Assembly: GCA_964016885.1 (NCBI GenBank)
Contig: OZ024742.1
Span: forward strand, 10,292,001 to 10,356,000
Source of the DNA: Eledone cirrhosa
Taxonomy: Eukaryota
Reading direction: 5' to 3'
DNA: 64,000 nucleotides
Shown: positions 42,240 through 56,698 of the stretch, in pieces
How positions within the stretch are numbered: position 1 is the stretch's first letter
Layout: each line of letters begins with the position of its first letter
The notes under the pieces: model-generated
Told to the model about the DNA's origin: nothing
Databases searched by the model: none
The model's input: only the letters and a program-made list of their open reading frames with translations
Position numbers and translations under genes: made by a program

Positions 42240-42514
42240 TGTACAGAGGCACACATATATACACAAGGGCGCACACACATGTACAGAGGCACACACATGT
42301 ACACAGGGGCGCACACACATGTACAGGGGCACACACATATACACAGGGGCGCACACACACATGTACAGAGGCACACATATACACAGGGGCGCACACACAC
42401 ATGTACAGAGGCACACACATGTACACAGGGGCGCACACACATGTACAGGGGCACACACATATACACAGGGGCGCACACACACATGTACAGAGGCACACAC
42501 ATATATACACAGGG

Positions 42515-42553
<39 letters not shown>

Positions 42554-44650
42554 CATACACATATACACAGGGGCGCACACACACATGTACAGAGGCACAC
42601 ATATACACAGGGGCGCACACACACATGTACAGAGGCACACACATGTACACAGGGGCGCACACACATGTACAGGGGCACACACATATACACAGGGGCGCAC
42701 ACACGTGTACAGGGGCACACACATATACACAGGGGCGCACACACACATGTACAGAGCCACACACATATATACACAGGGGCGCACACACACATGTACAGAG
42801 GCACACACATGTACACAGGGGCGCACACACATGTACAGAGGCACACACATGTACACAGGGGAGCACACACACATGTACAGAGGCACACACATGTACACAG
42901 GGGAGCACACACATGTACAGAGGCACACACATATATACAGGGGCGCACACACATGTACAGAGGCATACACATATATACAGGGGCGCACACACACACATGT
43001 ACAGAGGCACACATATATACACAGGGGCGCACACACATGTACAGAGGCACACACATATACACAGGGGCGCACACACATGTACAGAGGCACACACATGTAC
43101 ACAGGGGAGCACACACATGTACAGAGGCACACACATATACACAGGGACGCACACACATGTACAGATCCACACACATATACACAGGGGCGCACACACACAT
43201 GTACAGATCCACACACATATACACAGGGGCGCACACACACATGTACAGATCCACACACATATACACAGGGGCGCACACACACATGTACAGAGGCACACAC
43301 ATGTACACAGGGGCGCACACACACATGTACAGATCCACACACATATACACAGCGGCGCACACACACATGTACAGATCCACACACATGTACACAGGGGCGC
43401 ACACACACATGTACAGAGGCCCACACATGTACACAGGGGCGCACACACACATGTACAGATCCACACACATATACACAGGGGCGCACACACATGTACAGAT
43501 CCACACACATATACACAGGGGCGCACACACACATGTACAGAGGCACACACATGTACACAGGGGCGCACACACACATGTACAGATCCACACACATATATAC
43601 AGGGGCGCACACACATGTACAGATCCACACACATATATACAGCGGCGCACACACACATGTACAGATCCACACACATATATACAGGGGCGCACACACATGT
43701 ACAGATCCACACACATATACACAGGGGCGCACACACACATGTACAGAGGCACACACATGTACACAGGGGCGCACACACACATGTACAGATCCACACACAT
43801 ATACACAGGGGCGCACACACACATGTACAGATCCACACACATATATACAGGGGCGCACACACATGTACAGATCCACACACATATATACAGCGGCGCACAC
43901 ACACATGTACAGATCCACACACTTATACACAGCGGCGCACACACACATGTACAGAGGCACACACATGTACACAGGGGCGCACACACACATGTACAGATCC
44001 ACACACATATATACAGGGGCGCACACACACATGTACAGAGGCACACACATATACACAGGGGCGCACACACATGTACAGAGGCACACACATGTACACAGGG
44101 GCGCACACACACATGTACAGAGGCACACACATGTACACAGGGGCGCACACACACATGTACAGATCCACACACATATACACAGGGGCGCACACACACATGT
44201 ACAGAGGCACACACATATACACAGGGGCGCACACACATGTACAGAGGCACACACATGTACACAGGGGCGCACACACACATGTACAGAGGCACACACATGT
44301 ACACAGGGGCGCACACACACATGTACAGATCCACACACATATACACAGGGGCGCACACACATGTACAGAGGCACACACATATACACAGGGGCGCACACAC
44401 ATGTACAGAGGCACACACATGTACACAGGGGCGCACACACACATGTACAGATCCACACACATATACACAGGGGCGCACACACATGTACAGAGGCACACAC
44501 ATGTACACAGGGGCGCACACACACATGTACAGAGGCACACACATATACACAGGGGCGCACACACACATGTACAGAGGCACACACATATACACAGGGGCGC
44601 ACACACATGTACAGATCCACACACATATACACAGGGGCGCACACACACAT
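42235..44650. repeat. CA-rich minisatellite of about 40-44 bp
   Basis: acatgtacag(aggc/atcc)acacacat(a/g)tacacaggggcgcacac(ac)n. Confidence 0.95.
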
Positions 44651-44741
44651 TAATGGTAAATTGAAAGTGTTTTTGCGAATGATATATTTAGTAAAATAAA
44701 AATATAAAATATGTAGTGTGTTTATATATAAAAACATGTAT

Positions 44742-44774
<33 letters not shown>

Positions 44775-44795
44775 TCAAATATCCCTAGTTATGGT

Positions 44796-45595
44796 GTCAT
44801 CACCATCGCTGTCATCACCATCGCTGTCATCACCATCGTTGTCATCACCATCGCTGTCATCACCATCGTTGTCATCACCATCGCTGTCATCACCATCGCT
44901 GTCATCACCATCGTTGTCATCACCATCGTTGTCATCACCATCGCTGTCATCACCATCGCTGTCATCACCATCGCTGTCATCACCATCGTTGTCATCACCA
45001 TCGTTGTCATCACCATCGTTGTCATCACCATCGCTGTCATCACCATCGTTGTCATCACCATCGCTGTCATCACCATCGTTGTCATCACCATCGTTGTCAT
45101 CACCATCGCTGTCATCACCATCGCTGTCATCACCATCGCTGTCATCACCATCGCTGTCATCACCATCGCTGTCATCACCATCGTTGTCATCACCATCGCT
45201 GTCATCACCATCGTTGTCATCACCATCGCTGTCATCACCATCGTTGTCATCACCATCGTTGTCATCACCATCGCTGTCATCACCATCGCTGTCATCACCA
45301 TCGCTGTCATCACCATCGTTGTCATCACCATCGCTGTCATCACCATCGCTGTCATCACCATCGCTGTCATCACCATCGCTGTCACCACCATCGCTGTCAT
45401 CACCATCGTTGTCATCACCATCGTTGTCATCACCATCGTTGTCATCACCATCGCTGTCATCACCATCGCTGTCATCACCATCGTTGTCATCACCATCGCT
45501 GTCATCACCATCGTTGTCATCACCATCGCTGTCATCACCATCGCTGTCATCACCATCGCTGTCATCACCATCGTTGTCATCACCATCGTTGTCAT
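44796..45595. repeat. 15-bp minisatellite, about 53 copies (gtcatcaccatcgYt)
   Basis: Direct inspection. Essentially a single variable position. Confidence 0.95.
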
Positions 45596-45886
45596 TGTTG
45601 GGATGTTGGACTAACAGACTTCTCCACATCATTGATTATTGAAGCAATGTTAATACTTACGGCACAATTTCAGATATTTGGAGGAGAGAGTGAATTGATT
45701 ATATAGACATTGGTACTTTATTTTATCGATCTGTTGGTGGTATTTCATCTCCAGTTTTCGACCCGAAGCACATACACCAACATAACTTATTTTAACGTTC
45801 AGTTAACCCCTCTTTGTGTAGTTCCAAAGTTAGGTTTGTGTAGTTTACATTTTGTATGAAATATTATAAATTCTTACATAGTAAAC

Positions 45887-46172
45887 GAAGGTCTGTGGAA
45901 GCCAGTCAGGAACCACTGGCAAAGCAGATTCTGGAGAGAAATGAGGTTGGATTGGACACACCCTCAGGAATCCAGCATCCAACACCACGTCAAGCTATGA
46001 CCTGGAACCCGCAGAGGACGCCACGGCAGCTGGAGGTGTGACACTGAGGCTGAATTGAGAAAACTGGAAGCCAATAGGAGTGGAGTGGCGAGATCAGCGT
46101 AGGGTCGTGTAGGATGGCGGAGTATCGTCAATGACCTAATCTCCACCACATAGCGGTGGGGCTGAATGAAGT
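45887..46172 (+). mobile_element. Degenerate RTE-clade LINE 3' fragment
   Basis: Across frameshifts reads QEPLAKQILER..GWIGHTLRNPASN..RQAMTWNPQ..SWRCDTEAEL..RVGWRSIVNDL. Matches the RTE WIGHTLR...TWNPQG pattern. Confidence 0.75.
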
Positions 46173-46373
46173 ACATTGTAAATGATAGCTAAAACACTTA
46201 AGACATTCATAAAATGTTTAAAATAACCATACAAGTCCTTCTCACACTCAGAGATTAAGAAACATCGCGCCCTGGCATCTGTCTTAAAGACTTCTGAAGT
46301 TCTAAACTGTCATTAAATCCTGTATCACAATAAATACTGTCTAACGTTCTAACGATTCTTGTCTACATTCAAA

Positions 46374-46539
46374 GAGTCGAACGTCATGCTTTGACGCATA
46401 GAATTGCGGCCCTTTCCATTCTGAGTTCAAATCCCGCCGAGGTCAACTTTGCCTTTCATCCTTACGGGGTCGATAAAATAAAGTACCAGTAATGTACTGA
46501 GTAATTGCGGGCTTGTGCCAACTTTAGAAACAATTATTT
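46374..46539 (+). mobile_element. Dominant SINE
   Basis: B box, core and tail. Confidence 0.85.
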
Positions 46540-47872
46540 AATAACTTGGAAACCTCTGTCCAGTTTTTGACAAGGTTTCCTTATGCTTAACATACGGTAC
46601 AGAACCTTTCTCTGTTACCATGACCAGCCAAGTGTCAACATTGATCCATCGATCCGTTACTGCGCCAAATTTCTCAATATATTTGATTCTGTAGGCAGCC
46701 AAGATATTTTTGTTAGGCGAAAGATCAGACCCAGTCAGCCATAAAGTTCGAACGAAACTTCCAGTACAGTCACTATTAGTAATATATATTATTGGGAATC
46801 TACAAATAGTATTTCAATCTTTCATTCAGTGCAGGTTTAGTGTTTTTATTACAGATATCTGTAAAACGTGTATTTATAAAAGTATGGATGCTGGGCTCAT
46901 GTTGGGCACGTGTTTAAATGTATGTGGAATGCATGTGAGCCCGCGTGTGTAGGTGTGTGTTTCTGTTTATGTTTGTAACAATATGTTCCCTCATGTTTCT
47001 CTCCCGCCCTCCTTCCCCCTCTCTCTCTCTCTCCATCTATCTATCTACCTGTCTCTCTCTCTATCTCTCTCCCCTCTCTCTCTATCTATCTCCTCTCTCT
47101 CTCTCTATCTATCTCCCCTCTCTATCTATCTCTCTATCTATATTTGTTCAATTGGTCAAACCTATTTCAATCATTAATGCTTGTTTCCTCCCTCTCTCCT
47201 ATCTATCTATCTACCTCTATCTCTCTACCTATCTACTTCCCTCTCTATCTATATATCTACCATCATCTATCTATCTATCTATCTAAATAAAGAAACATAT
47301 CTATCTATCTACCTCCATCTATCTATCTATCTCCCTCTCTATCTATATTTGTTCAATTGGTCAGACATATTTCAATCATTAATCAGCATGTCGTATTTTA
47401 ATTAATTCTTCTAATGGCTGCTTCACACAAGAAATCTTTGTGAAAATGTCTAAGGAGCCGCTTGTGGCTATTGTATTCCTAGTGGAATCACAAGAGAGTG
47501 GAGAGATAGCTGTTTAACTGACTTGAACGGTTGGTCAACATTATCTAATGAACCCTAACCCCTAACAATAACACAAATCATAAACTTAACCCTTTCCCTC
47601 CACCAAATCGAAAGAAGAAATTTCCCAGAAGAGTGTCAACAAGTTCAAGTGGTATTCACAGAGAAGTACTTTGCTGCAGGGGCCATTACAGATTAAATAA
47701 TTTAAAGGAAATATGGTCTGACTGAACAAGTATTTCTCAATACCTTTCAACATCTCGTGAATTTATTACCCAACAATAAATGACAATCTCTCTTTTGGTG
47801 GTGTCAATAGCCGCCAGTCGTATCTCATAACCCACAATCTTGTGTTAATCTTACTCATTACTAACACCTCGA

Positions 47873-48160
47873 AGGATTGGCAATAATCGGTAGAGCGTCG
47901 GATAAAATACTTTGCAGCATATATTTACAGCACTCTCTTTACGATCTGAGTTCAAATCCCACCTGAGTGGTTGTGAGGTAAATGTCTTAAACACACAGCC
48001 ATGCCTGCACCTATAACTATTATATACTATTAATACTGGGTGGTATGAGTTCAAATCCCGTCGGGGTTAGCTTTGCTTTTCATTCTTACAGGGTTGATAA
48101 AATAAAGTACCAGTCACACATTATGGTCAATTTATTCAAATTGCTAGCCTTGTGCCAAAA
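47873..48160 (+). mobile_element. Diverged, rearranged dominant-family SINE pieces
   Basis: Head 47873-47963 and a second B box plus core from 48046. The intervening segment resembles the reverse complement of 19230-19300. Confidence 0.65.
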
Positions 48161-48297
48161 CCTCGAGAGAACCTCTATATAGTCTTTCGATATGCTAGAA
48201 ATAGCTGCCATATTTCCACACATTACATCCTACCATGTTCGGAAAAGAATGGATAATGTAATCATAGTTATGTGTGCGTCTTTAGTATGTACTAGAA

Positions 48298-48460
48298 CAG
48301 CCATGGGCAAACTGTAGCCCGCGAGCCGCATGCAGCTCGTTTGGCTTTCTAAATGATACATTTAATTTCAAAATTGCCTTGAGTTTATTAATAGTGCTGC
48401 CCGCCTTATGATGGGCCACTTTCTATGGGACCGACTGCCTGAAAAGGTTTCCCACGCCTG
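48298..48460. mobile_element. hAT (Charlie-like) MITE, 163 bp
   Basis: Imperfect TIRs cagccatgggcaaact / aggtttcccacgcctg. 8-bp TSD tactagaa at 48290-48297 and 48461-48468. Confidence 0.8.
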
Positions 48461-48483
48461 TACTAGAATAGAATGATACTGAG

Positions 48484-48697
48484 ATGATTAGTGAGCCCAT
48501 AAATTTCAAGAAGTCTTTGGACAAATTCCTTCATGAAATCCCGGATAAACCTCCTATACTCGGACATGTCTCCATAAACAATAACTCTCTACTTGAGTGG
48601 GCCATGGTGCCTAAATCCTGATTTGAAAGACTTCGCCAGGTGGTGCTATTAAGTTAGACATGGCCTGGGCCAATACTGGCCGAAACCTATCAAAGTT
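48484..48697 (+). mobile_element. CR1/L2-group LINE 3' fragment
   Basis: Reads NFKKSLDKFLHEIPDKPPILGHVSINNNSLLEW, stop at 48619-48621. Fits the FK..LDKFL..IPD.P...NSL C-terminal pattern. Short 3' UTR. Confidence 0.65.
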
Positions 48698-48761
48698 ATA
48701 TATATTTCGTCTCTGAATTTGTTTAGCAAGATTCTTTATCTGAAAACGTGAGTTGAAACCG

Positions 48762-48861
48762 ATATTGTTATACTTTGGGAGGGTCGTGTTGCCAATAAGA
48801 AACACACGTTGGTGCGTGTGTTTCTTATTGGAAACATGACCCTCCCAAAGTATAACAATAT
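48762..48861. repeat. 47-bp-arm inverted repeat abutting (TA)n
   Basis: Arms 48762-48808 / 48815-48861, 2 mismatches. Confidence 0.85.
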
Positions 48862-48972
48862 ATATATATTTAGCTAGTTAATTAGTTCCACAACATATTA
48901 ACAAACAATAATTTAGAACGTGTTTCTTCTGAAGGAATACTCAACTCGTCCTTTGGACTCCCAGTTTTTTAC

Positions 48973-49018
<46 letters not shown>

Positions 49019-50073
49019 GTGTGTGTGTATGGTGATGGGGGGCGTCTGTGTTTACATCTATATCTATTAGTAACCGGTGTTGTTTGTTTATATCATGTTA
49101 CTTAGCGTTTCGAATAGGGATCGATAAAATAAGTACTAAGGTCGATATGAACAACTATATATATATAGAGAGAGAGAGGGAGAGAGAGATAGAATCTAGA
49201 TATACAATCCATTTATCCCGAGTCAATCATATATGTAGAAAGATCCATATATATTCCCAGAGACGTAGTAGGGGGCAGAGAAAGAAATACGAAGTGAGGG
49301 AAAGAGAGAGAGAGAATGAGAGGGAAATAAATATAGTATACATGTAGAAAGATCCATATATATTCCGAGAGAAGTAGAAGGGCGAGGGAGACAGAGAGAT
49401 AGAGAAAGAAATAGGAAGTGAGGGAAAGAGAGACATAGACTAAGGAAGAGGGAAAGAAATATAGTTTATGATTTGCTCCCTTTGAGGTTTTCCATTAAAA
49501 ACCCTTTTCTGAAAACCTTTCGTTATCCGGAATATCTGGCAGGCCACTTGAAAGGAAATATCTTTACATCAACAGTAGATCCTCCTACTACTAGGAGCTC
49601 AACCTCCCTTTCACCCCGCCCCCTCTCACCACCACCCTCACACCCTCCTATCATAACCCACGTCAATGCTATGATTCAATGAATATCGTTAACACTGCCA
49701 TCTTTGACCTATCTTAGCAATCGCATTCCTCGCGATGTCTATCTTTCTGTTTGTATGTGGCTCTCTACATATGTATGAGTGTGTATAGATACCTGTATGT
49801 GTGTGTGTCTGTACGTCAATGTGTGTGTGTACATATGTGTCAGTGTGTGTATGTGAGTGTGTACGTCAATGTGAGTGTGTGTGGTTTAGTTTCCCTTCCG
49901 TTCTGTCGCCACATTACAGTTGTTAAAAAACGTCAATACTTTCCTATGTATATATAAATTACACAACCAGGTCTATACATACACACGCATTTACATATAT
50001 TCATATATATTTACACACACACACACGTAAAGATATGTGTAGATATATATATGATTATATGTAACATATATTT

Positions 50074-50106
<33 letters not shown>

Positions 50107-50155
50107 AATATATACAGAAATATATGTAAATGTGTGTGTGTTGACATATTTATGA

Positions 50156-50254
<99 letters not shown>

Positions 50255-50470
50255 TATGTATGTAAATATATACAGAAATATATGTAAATGTGTGTGTGTG
50301 TGTGTGATGACATATTTATGAATATATGTGTGTGTATAGTTTAGAAGTAAAATATCCTACATTGTGGTGCTGTCCATGTCTTCTACAATCACCTCAGATT
50401 CACCAATTCCTTGCTTGTGCAATATTTTTGACGGAACTAAAGATATCGTCCCTTGTGTATAATGTACATA

Positions 50471-50503
<33 letters not shown>

Positions 50504-50504
50504 T

Positions 50505-50610
50505 ATAGTTGAGACAGTAAACATATATATATATAATATATATATATATATATTATAGTTGAGACAGTAAATATATATATATATATAAATATATATTATA
50601 GTTGAGACAG

Positions 50611-50657
<47 letters not shown>

Positions 50658-50670
50658 TGAGACAGTATAT
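50505..50670. repeat. ttatagttgagacagta-(TA)n unit x4
   Basis: Direct inspection. Confidence 0.85.
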
Positions 50671-50819
50671 ATATATATCATATTCACCATCGCGATATAG
50701 ATGTATATTTCTAAATAAGTGTCGTATATCATAAAATTCTAGAAGGGACACTGTGTAAGGAATACATTTTTTGTTATTAAATGTCTTGCTTTCTCCACCA
50801 TATATTTCTGCATATATAT

Positions 50820-50954
50820 AGGAAAAGAGTCAGAACGGCTTGAGCTCTGCCGTCGGGGTTCTGACTATTTTCCTATACCCACTCTACTACCCAAAGTATC
50901 GAGTACTCTGGTGCGTTATGGTCCACCTGGTTCCTTACCACACTTCCTTCGTTA
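50820..50954 (+). mobile_element. Family B element
   Basis: Short inverted arm, aacggcttgagctctgccgtcgggg, gagtactc tail. Confidence 0.75.
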
Positions 50955-50967
50955 TATATATATATAT

Positions 50968-51057
50968 GTTTATCCCGGGTTCAATCGGGGGTAACCACAG
51001 TAAGGTACTCAATGATTTCTCCCGAATGAAACAGTTCTAGTCCTGTAGAAGCCATTT
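50968..51057. mobile_element. Family A element, internally deleted
   Basis: ggtaaccacagtaaggtactcaa joined to tgatttctcccgaatgaaacagttctagtcctgtagaa. Confidence 0.7.
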
Positions 51058-51479
51058 ATATATATATATATATATATATATACTGTCGTTGTAAATACTG
51101 ACGGTCCAATGTCGACTACAGGATTGAACAAAGTTTCTATTTAGCCCCAGTCCTACAAATATAGGGGACTAACTTATGAAGAAAGTTCATTCTAATCATA
51201 ACTTTAAAGTGTTTTCTTCTGGAATAATTTGTAACCTGGACAGCATTATCCTAGCGTGTCCTTTTTATACAACGGTAGAGTATAGATTTGAGGGAAATGT
51301 GGCTGCTCTTTCTAGCATAGAAAATGGCTACGTACGAAAAAGCAAGATCCATCATTTGTTTGGCAGATTTTTTGTTTCCGTTCTTTGTTTTCTGGATTAT
51401 ATGCCGAGCTCTACTTTCACTTCAGCCAAATTGTTAGACGTTGTAAATTAACAATCATTACATTATGGATCGCGTTTCC

Positions 51480-51830
51480 ATGTATTTCCCTGGATTCCAA
51501 ACTATGTACGATATCAGAACCTTCGTGCAATCCACATTTCACGATATCTCGTACTTTCCCGGAATTCCAAATAACGTCCTAAGACAGAATCACCGTACAA
51601 TCCATATCACGAGATTCCTCGCATTTCCGGGGATTCCAAACAAAGTCATAACAAATAAATACTGTACATTCCATATCTCACGATATCTCTCAATTTCCCG
51701 GGATTCTAAACAATACAGAACCCTCGTATAATCCATATCTCACGATATCTCGCAATTTCCCGGGATTCCAAACAATACAGAACCCTCGTATAATCCATAT
51801 CTCGCAATATCTCGTATTCCCGAGATCCCA
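51480..51830. repeat. Diverged tandem repeat of about 62 bp, 5-6 copies
   Basis: atccatatctcacgatatctcgcaatttcccgggattccaaac. Confidence 0.8.
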
Positions 51831-52809
51831 CTCAGTTTCAGTCAGAATCTCAGGTCAATCCAATCCATCTTTTCAAGACAGAAGAAAGAAACAATTAGAG
51901 TATTTGGTAGCTATTTCTAGCAAGTCTAACGTCCACAGTGATTTCTGTCTGCTGTTTGTTGTGAACATCGTGTTTATGCGTTGTGTGTGTGTATTCTTAC
52001 CTATGATATATGTTGTGTATGTGTGCGTGTGTGTCTGTCTGTGTGTGTGTGTGTGTGTGTGCATGGTTACGCAAAATGTATATTGTGTATGCCTGTATCT
52101 GTGTGTATGCGTTTTTGTGAATATGCATGTGTGTGTGTGTGTGTGTAGACGCTCCTCAATACATTTTCTTACGTTAGAAGCCAGATCAGCCCTAATCGAG
52201 CAGACCTATGATAAAAGATATTTCTGCTATGAACATCCCGTATATGTCAGAAACCAACACTACATGCCCCTCCTGCCCTTGTGTGGTTTAGCCAGAAGCG
52301 TTCTCATATAGGGCAGAAATCAAGACCACATTGTCCTGCATGTGTGTCCTTATGTGTTTTAAGTAGTAGCGTTCCTGTGTAGGTCAGAAGTCAATACAAC
52401 AAAGGTCCAGCGTCGGTGTCCTTGTGTGGTCAAAAACCAAGACTACAATGTCCAGCCTGTCCTTGTGTGGTTTGATCTAGCGTCCATGTGTAGCTCTAAC
52501 TCCAAGACCACAATGTCCAGTGTGTGTGTGTGTGTGTGTGTGTTGTTTCAACAGTAACATAGCTGAGGGTTGGTAGGTGAAAGGTACGCTCCACCCCATA
52601 CGTCCCATTTATAGGGGCGGCACTTTTAGATCTGTTGTATATATTACTGTATGTGTGGCGGGCTTGGTGACGGTGGGTGAGACAACCTCATGGGATGTGC
52701 CGGGTGGCACATACTCTAGCTCCACCATTGGGTTTCAAGTAAATGTTATTTGTTATTTTTGCAGGTGGAGCAACGATAACATAGAATTTGTCTCGTTGGT
52801 TCACATGTA

Positions 52810-52897
<88 letters not shown>

Positions 52898-53520
52898 TAT
52901 ATGATGTGGGTGTGTATAAACACGCGCATGCTCATGTTTATGTAATGTGAGTCTAGAGAAAAAGGCAGTACTCACTGATGCTGGGGATGCCCTGTAATAC
53001 GTGGAATGCATTCAAGGAAGTAATACAACACACACATGGACACACACACATATACACACACATAGACACACACACATACACACACATGTATATATATATA
53101 TTTCTAAACAGAGAGATATATGCCTGTTAAGCAGCAACAAGCTTCCTCATTCATATAAAGCTACACTACTATAAGGAGAGGTTGTACTTCCGTTAGTCTG
53201 CATTTGTTCAATGTAGACAACACTCGGCGCCAATCTTAGCGATGTAAGTTCGATTCCTACCTTGCTCTTTACGTTGAATTTTATTTTTCAATACATTCAT
53301 ACACACACATATGCATACATATATACACACACATATGCATACATATATACACACATTTATATATACATATATACATGCATACATTCACATACATTTATAC
53401 ATATTTGCATACATACATTCATACACATTTATATATGCATACATATATTTATACAGATTTTTCTATACATGCATGCATGCATACAAACAATATATGTATA
53501 TATATATATATATATGTATA

Positions 53521-53598
<78 letters not shown>

Positions 53599-54254
53599 GT
53601 CTTCAATGATAATACAACATAGAACAATACAGTGATGCTACATATTTGGGAGGCCATGTTTAGTCGGGAGTAAAGGCCAGTGATCAAGACCCTTTTTCAA
53701 AACCTTCGGAAAATAATACAAGGAAAGCTTCCCCTCAGCTGGAGACCTCGACCGAATACTTTCATCAAAGTAGACTCCGCAAAAGGCGGCCAGGTGACGG
53801 TATTAAACCGGATTATCTTTACCACCCAAATAACCCACGACGCGATGTAAACTCAAAACGCAAAGGACCGTGACAAATACCACAAGGCACCTAGTTCGAC
53901 GCTCTCTAACAATTCTATCAATCCATCGCCCGGGACTGGTACTTTACTTTATCGATCCTGCTTATTTAAACATACATATTTACACTTACATATTTACCTA
54001 TATACGTACACATGTATACATAAGTGTACGCATACACATATCTACACATTCATATACATACAGAAATATATACACACACACACATATATGTTCCTGTGTA
54101 TATGTATGTATATGTGCGTGTGGGAGCAGCTCCTCTTCCTGTTTCGTTAAGATTTCCCTTGCGGTAGGAGCCGGTTTCTAAGGAACAAAATGGAACACTG
54201 AAATAATGACGGCTGTAAACTCATATACTCTGACGCACACGCACACACACACGC

Positions 54255-54328
<74 letters not shown>

Positions 54329-54502
54329 CTCTCTCTTTATATATAATTATAAAGGACAGTTACTACAACGGTGCCATGCCAGGTACGCACGCTTCGTTAG
54401 CCCTGAGAACCAATTTGTTCAACCTGTGCAGGTGAAAATGAACCGGAAAAATGGGATTTAATAATTATATTCAAACTTTCCCTACGAACTTTACCGACCT
54501 AT

Positions 54503-54559
<57 letters not shown>

Positions 54560-54864
54560 TTTTATTAATGTTAAATAGTGGCTTGTTACTCTGGAGTTTC
54601 ACTGAATATTTAATCTCTACTTCGGTATTGTGTACTTATATTCTCTCGTCCATCAACTACATATGGATCTGTGTATATATATACCTCCTCTTATTCGACT
54701 GCGATTATGCTAGAACGTAGCGTTCAGTGATTTAGTTAAGTACTTGCTTTTTCATTCGCGTATTTATTTTATCAAACTGCATTTTTCAAAGCGCTAAGTT
54801 GCAGGACATAAACAAAACAGACTACAGTGTAAACACACGCGCATTTACAACTCTCTCTCATATA

Positions 54865-56064
54865 TCATCATCATCATCGTTTAACGTCCATCTTCCACGC
54901 TTGCATGGGTTTGGACAGGAATTTTCCCACTTGAGGCAAGATTGGTTGTCCTGCTCGTATAGGACGGTCTGGCAGGTTTTCTACGGCTGGATGCCCTTCT
55001 TAACACCAACCACGTTTACAGTGTGCACTGGGAGGTTTTTACTGTGTTACCTACACGGCCACATTACAGCGTGGACTGTGTGTTTTTTTGTCGTGACACC
55101 TACACGACCTCATTTGTTTCGGACTGGATGTTGTGGTACCAACATAACTTCACATTGAAGGAGGTGGTGTGGATGGGGTGGGGTAGTGGCACAGGGGTGT
55201 ATTTTTGTTAGAGGTGCCTACTGACTGTAGGTTTCGCTTTGTACTTAGGCAAGGCGGGTCTTCTGTATTACTGTGTAGCGCCAAAGATCTCGGTCCAGTG
55301 ACATTGTCTTGGAGAGGTGTAAGTGTGTGAGGTCTGAATTTATCAAGTCGTCCCAGGTTTTTCTGGGTCTGCCTACTCCGTGGCTACCGTCTATTTTTAT
55401 CGCCCTGCACTTTTTTATACAGCTGTCGTCTTTCATGCGCATCACGTGACCGTACCGACGTAGTCTTCTCTCGAGTAAACAACATCTGATCCCTCTTATT
55501 CCTAATTTCTCCCTGAGTTCGTTTATGCTTTGCCGTTCACGTATATTACTATTACACATCCAGCGGAGCATGCCAGCTTCATTCCTCTCCAGTCTACGTA
55601 TATCCTCTGCACACAATGCCCAGGTCTCACTGCCATGTAACATTGCTGTTCGTATGCAGGCATCATACAGCCTGCCTTTCATTTTTAGAGATAACCATTT
55701 AGCGGCCAATAGTGGTATAAGCCTCTGAACTTTTTCCATCCCGTTCTGACTCTAGCTACTGTACTTTTGTAACCCCACTGCTGATTTTGTCACCCAGGTA
55801 ACGGAAGGTGTCCACTATTTCTATAGAACCATCTGTGCAATGGAATGATTTAGTATTCTGTGGGCACTAGCTGCTACTTATTGCACCAGAGCACCGGCTA
55901 CGTATAAAATCTATAATCTTAGTTATCTTACCTGTGATTCCACTACATCTTTTATGCACCCATACTTTGCATTTGGGACGTAAAATGGAGTTTTTGCCTA
56001 CTCCTTTCCTACACACTACTGAGCATGGCGATTTCCCAGATGGGACCGGTCCCCTATTTTCCTT

Positions 56065-56066
<2 letters not shown>
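54865..56066 (-). mobile_element. 5'-truncated RTE-clade LINE (PHD-like Cys cluster, end of RT region, C-terminus, 3' UTR, (GAT)n tail), frameshifted
   Basis: CSVVCRKGVGKNSI..CKVWVHKRCSGI, then EIVDTFRYLGD, then KGRLYDACIRTAMLHGSETW..RRLRRYGHVMRM..GRPRKTW (ORF 55245-55739). Tail ggacgttaaacgatgatgatg. Confidence 0.9.
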
Positions 56067-56111
<45 letters not shown>

Positions 56112-56649
56112 TGTGTGTCAATATATATATATATAAATATATATATAATATATATGTGTGTGTGTGTGTGTGTATGTATACACACACACTGTATTTTTCA
56201 CGTATGATTTCATTTAAGTTATTTGATAAATCATATCATCACTTTGGAAGTAAATTATTCTATCTCAGTGAACCATTTGTTAAACTTTGCTCCAAGAAAT
56301 ATTTTCCATTAATTTCTGAAGAATTTATTCCGATTACTATTATAAATAGCTGCTATGGTTTTTAACCTGTGTTTATATGAAGGGAGGGGTACTTCTTTGT
56401 GAAGTGAGAGAGACAGAGAGAGAAAGAATTAATCTGGACTTTACGATAATTCTGGTGATCTAGATAGATCCTACCTCTGCTTTAAGACAACACCTGTGTC
56501 TAAGAAATTATTTAACTTCTTAAGTTGCGTTCTCTGTGTCTGCTGACGAAGGCGTGGTACGTATGTATAGTTAATAAATGTTCGCCAGAAACGTGTGTGT
56601 ATATATATATATGTATATATATATATATGTGTGCGTGTATATGTATATA

Positions 56650-56698
56650 TAGCTGTCGAAACAGCTGGAGATCAGCCGTCGGGGGTCCTGACTTTTTT

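Noticed and set aside
41931-44737. ORFs of 660-870 aa in all six frames
   Set aside because: Stop-free minisatellite with no domain content.
52765-52806. Possible 42-nt exon (tttttgcag|...|gtatgt)
   Set aside because: Resembles a decayed reverse CORE-SINE segment (tggagcaac...), and the donor comes from a TG microsatellite edge.
55245-55739. Host protein-coding gene
   Set aside because: The sequence is the C-terminus of a frameshifted, 5'-truncated RTE LINE.
56543-56596. CTGACGA...GAAAcgtgtg hammerhead candidate
   Set aside because: Core boxes and a ggcg/cgcc stem are present, but stem I cannot be formed because the 3' side runs into microsatellite. At best a truncated relic.
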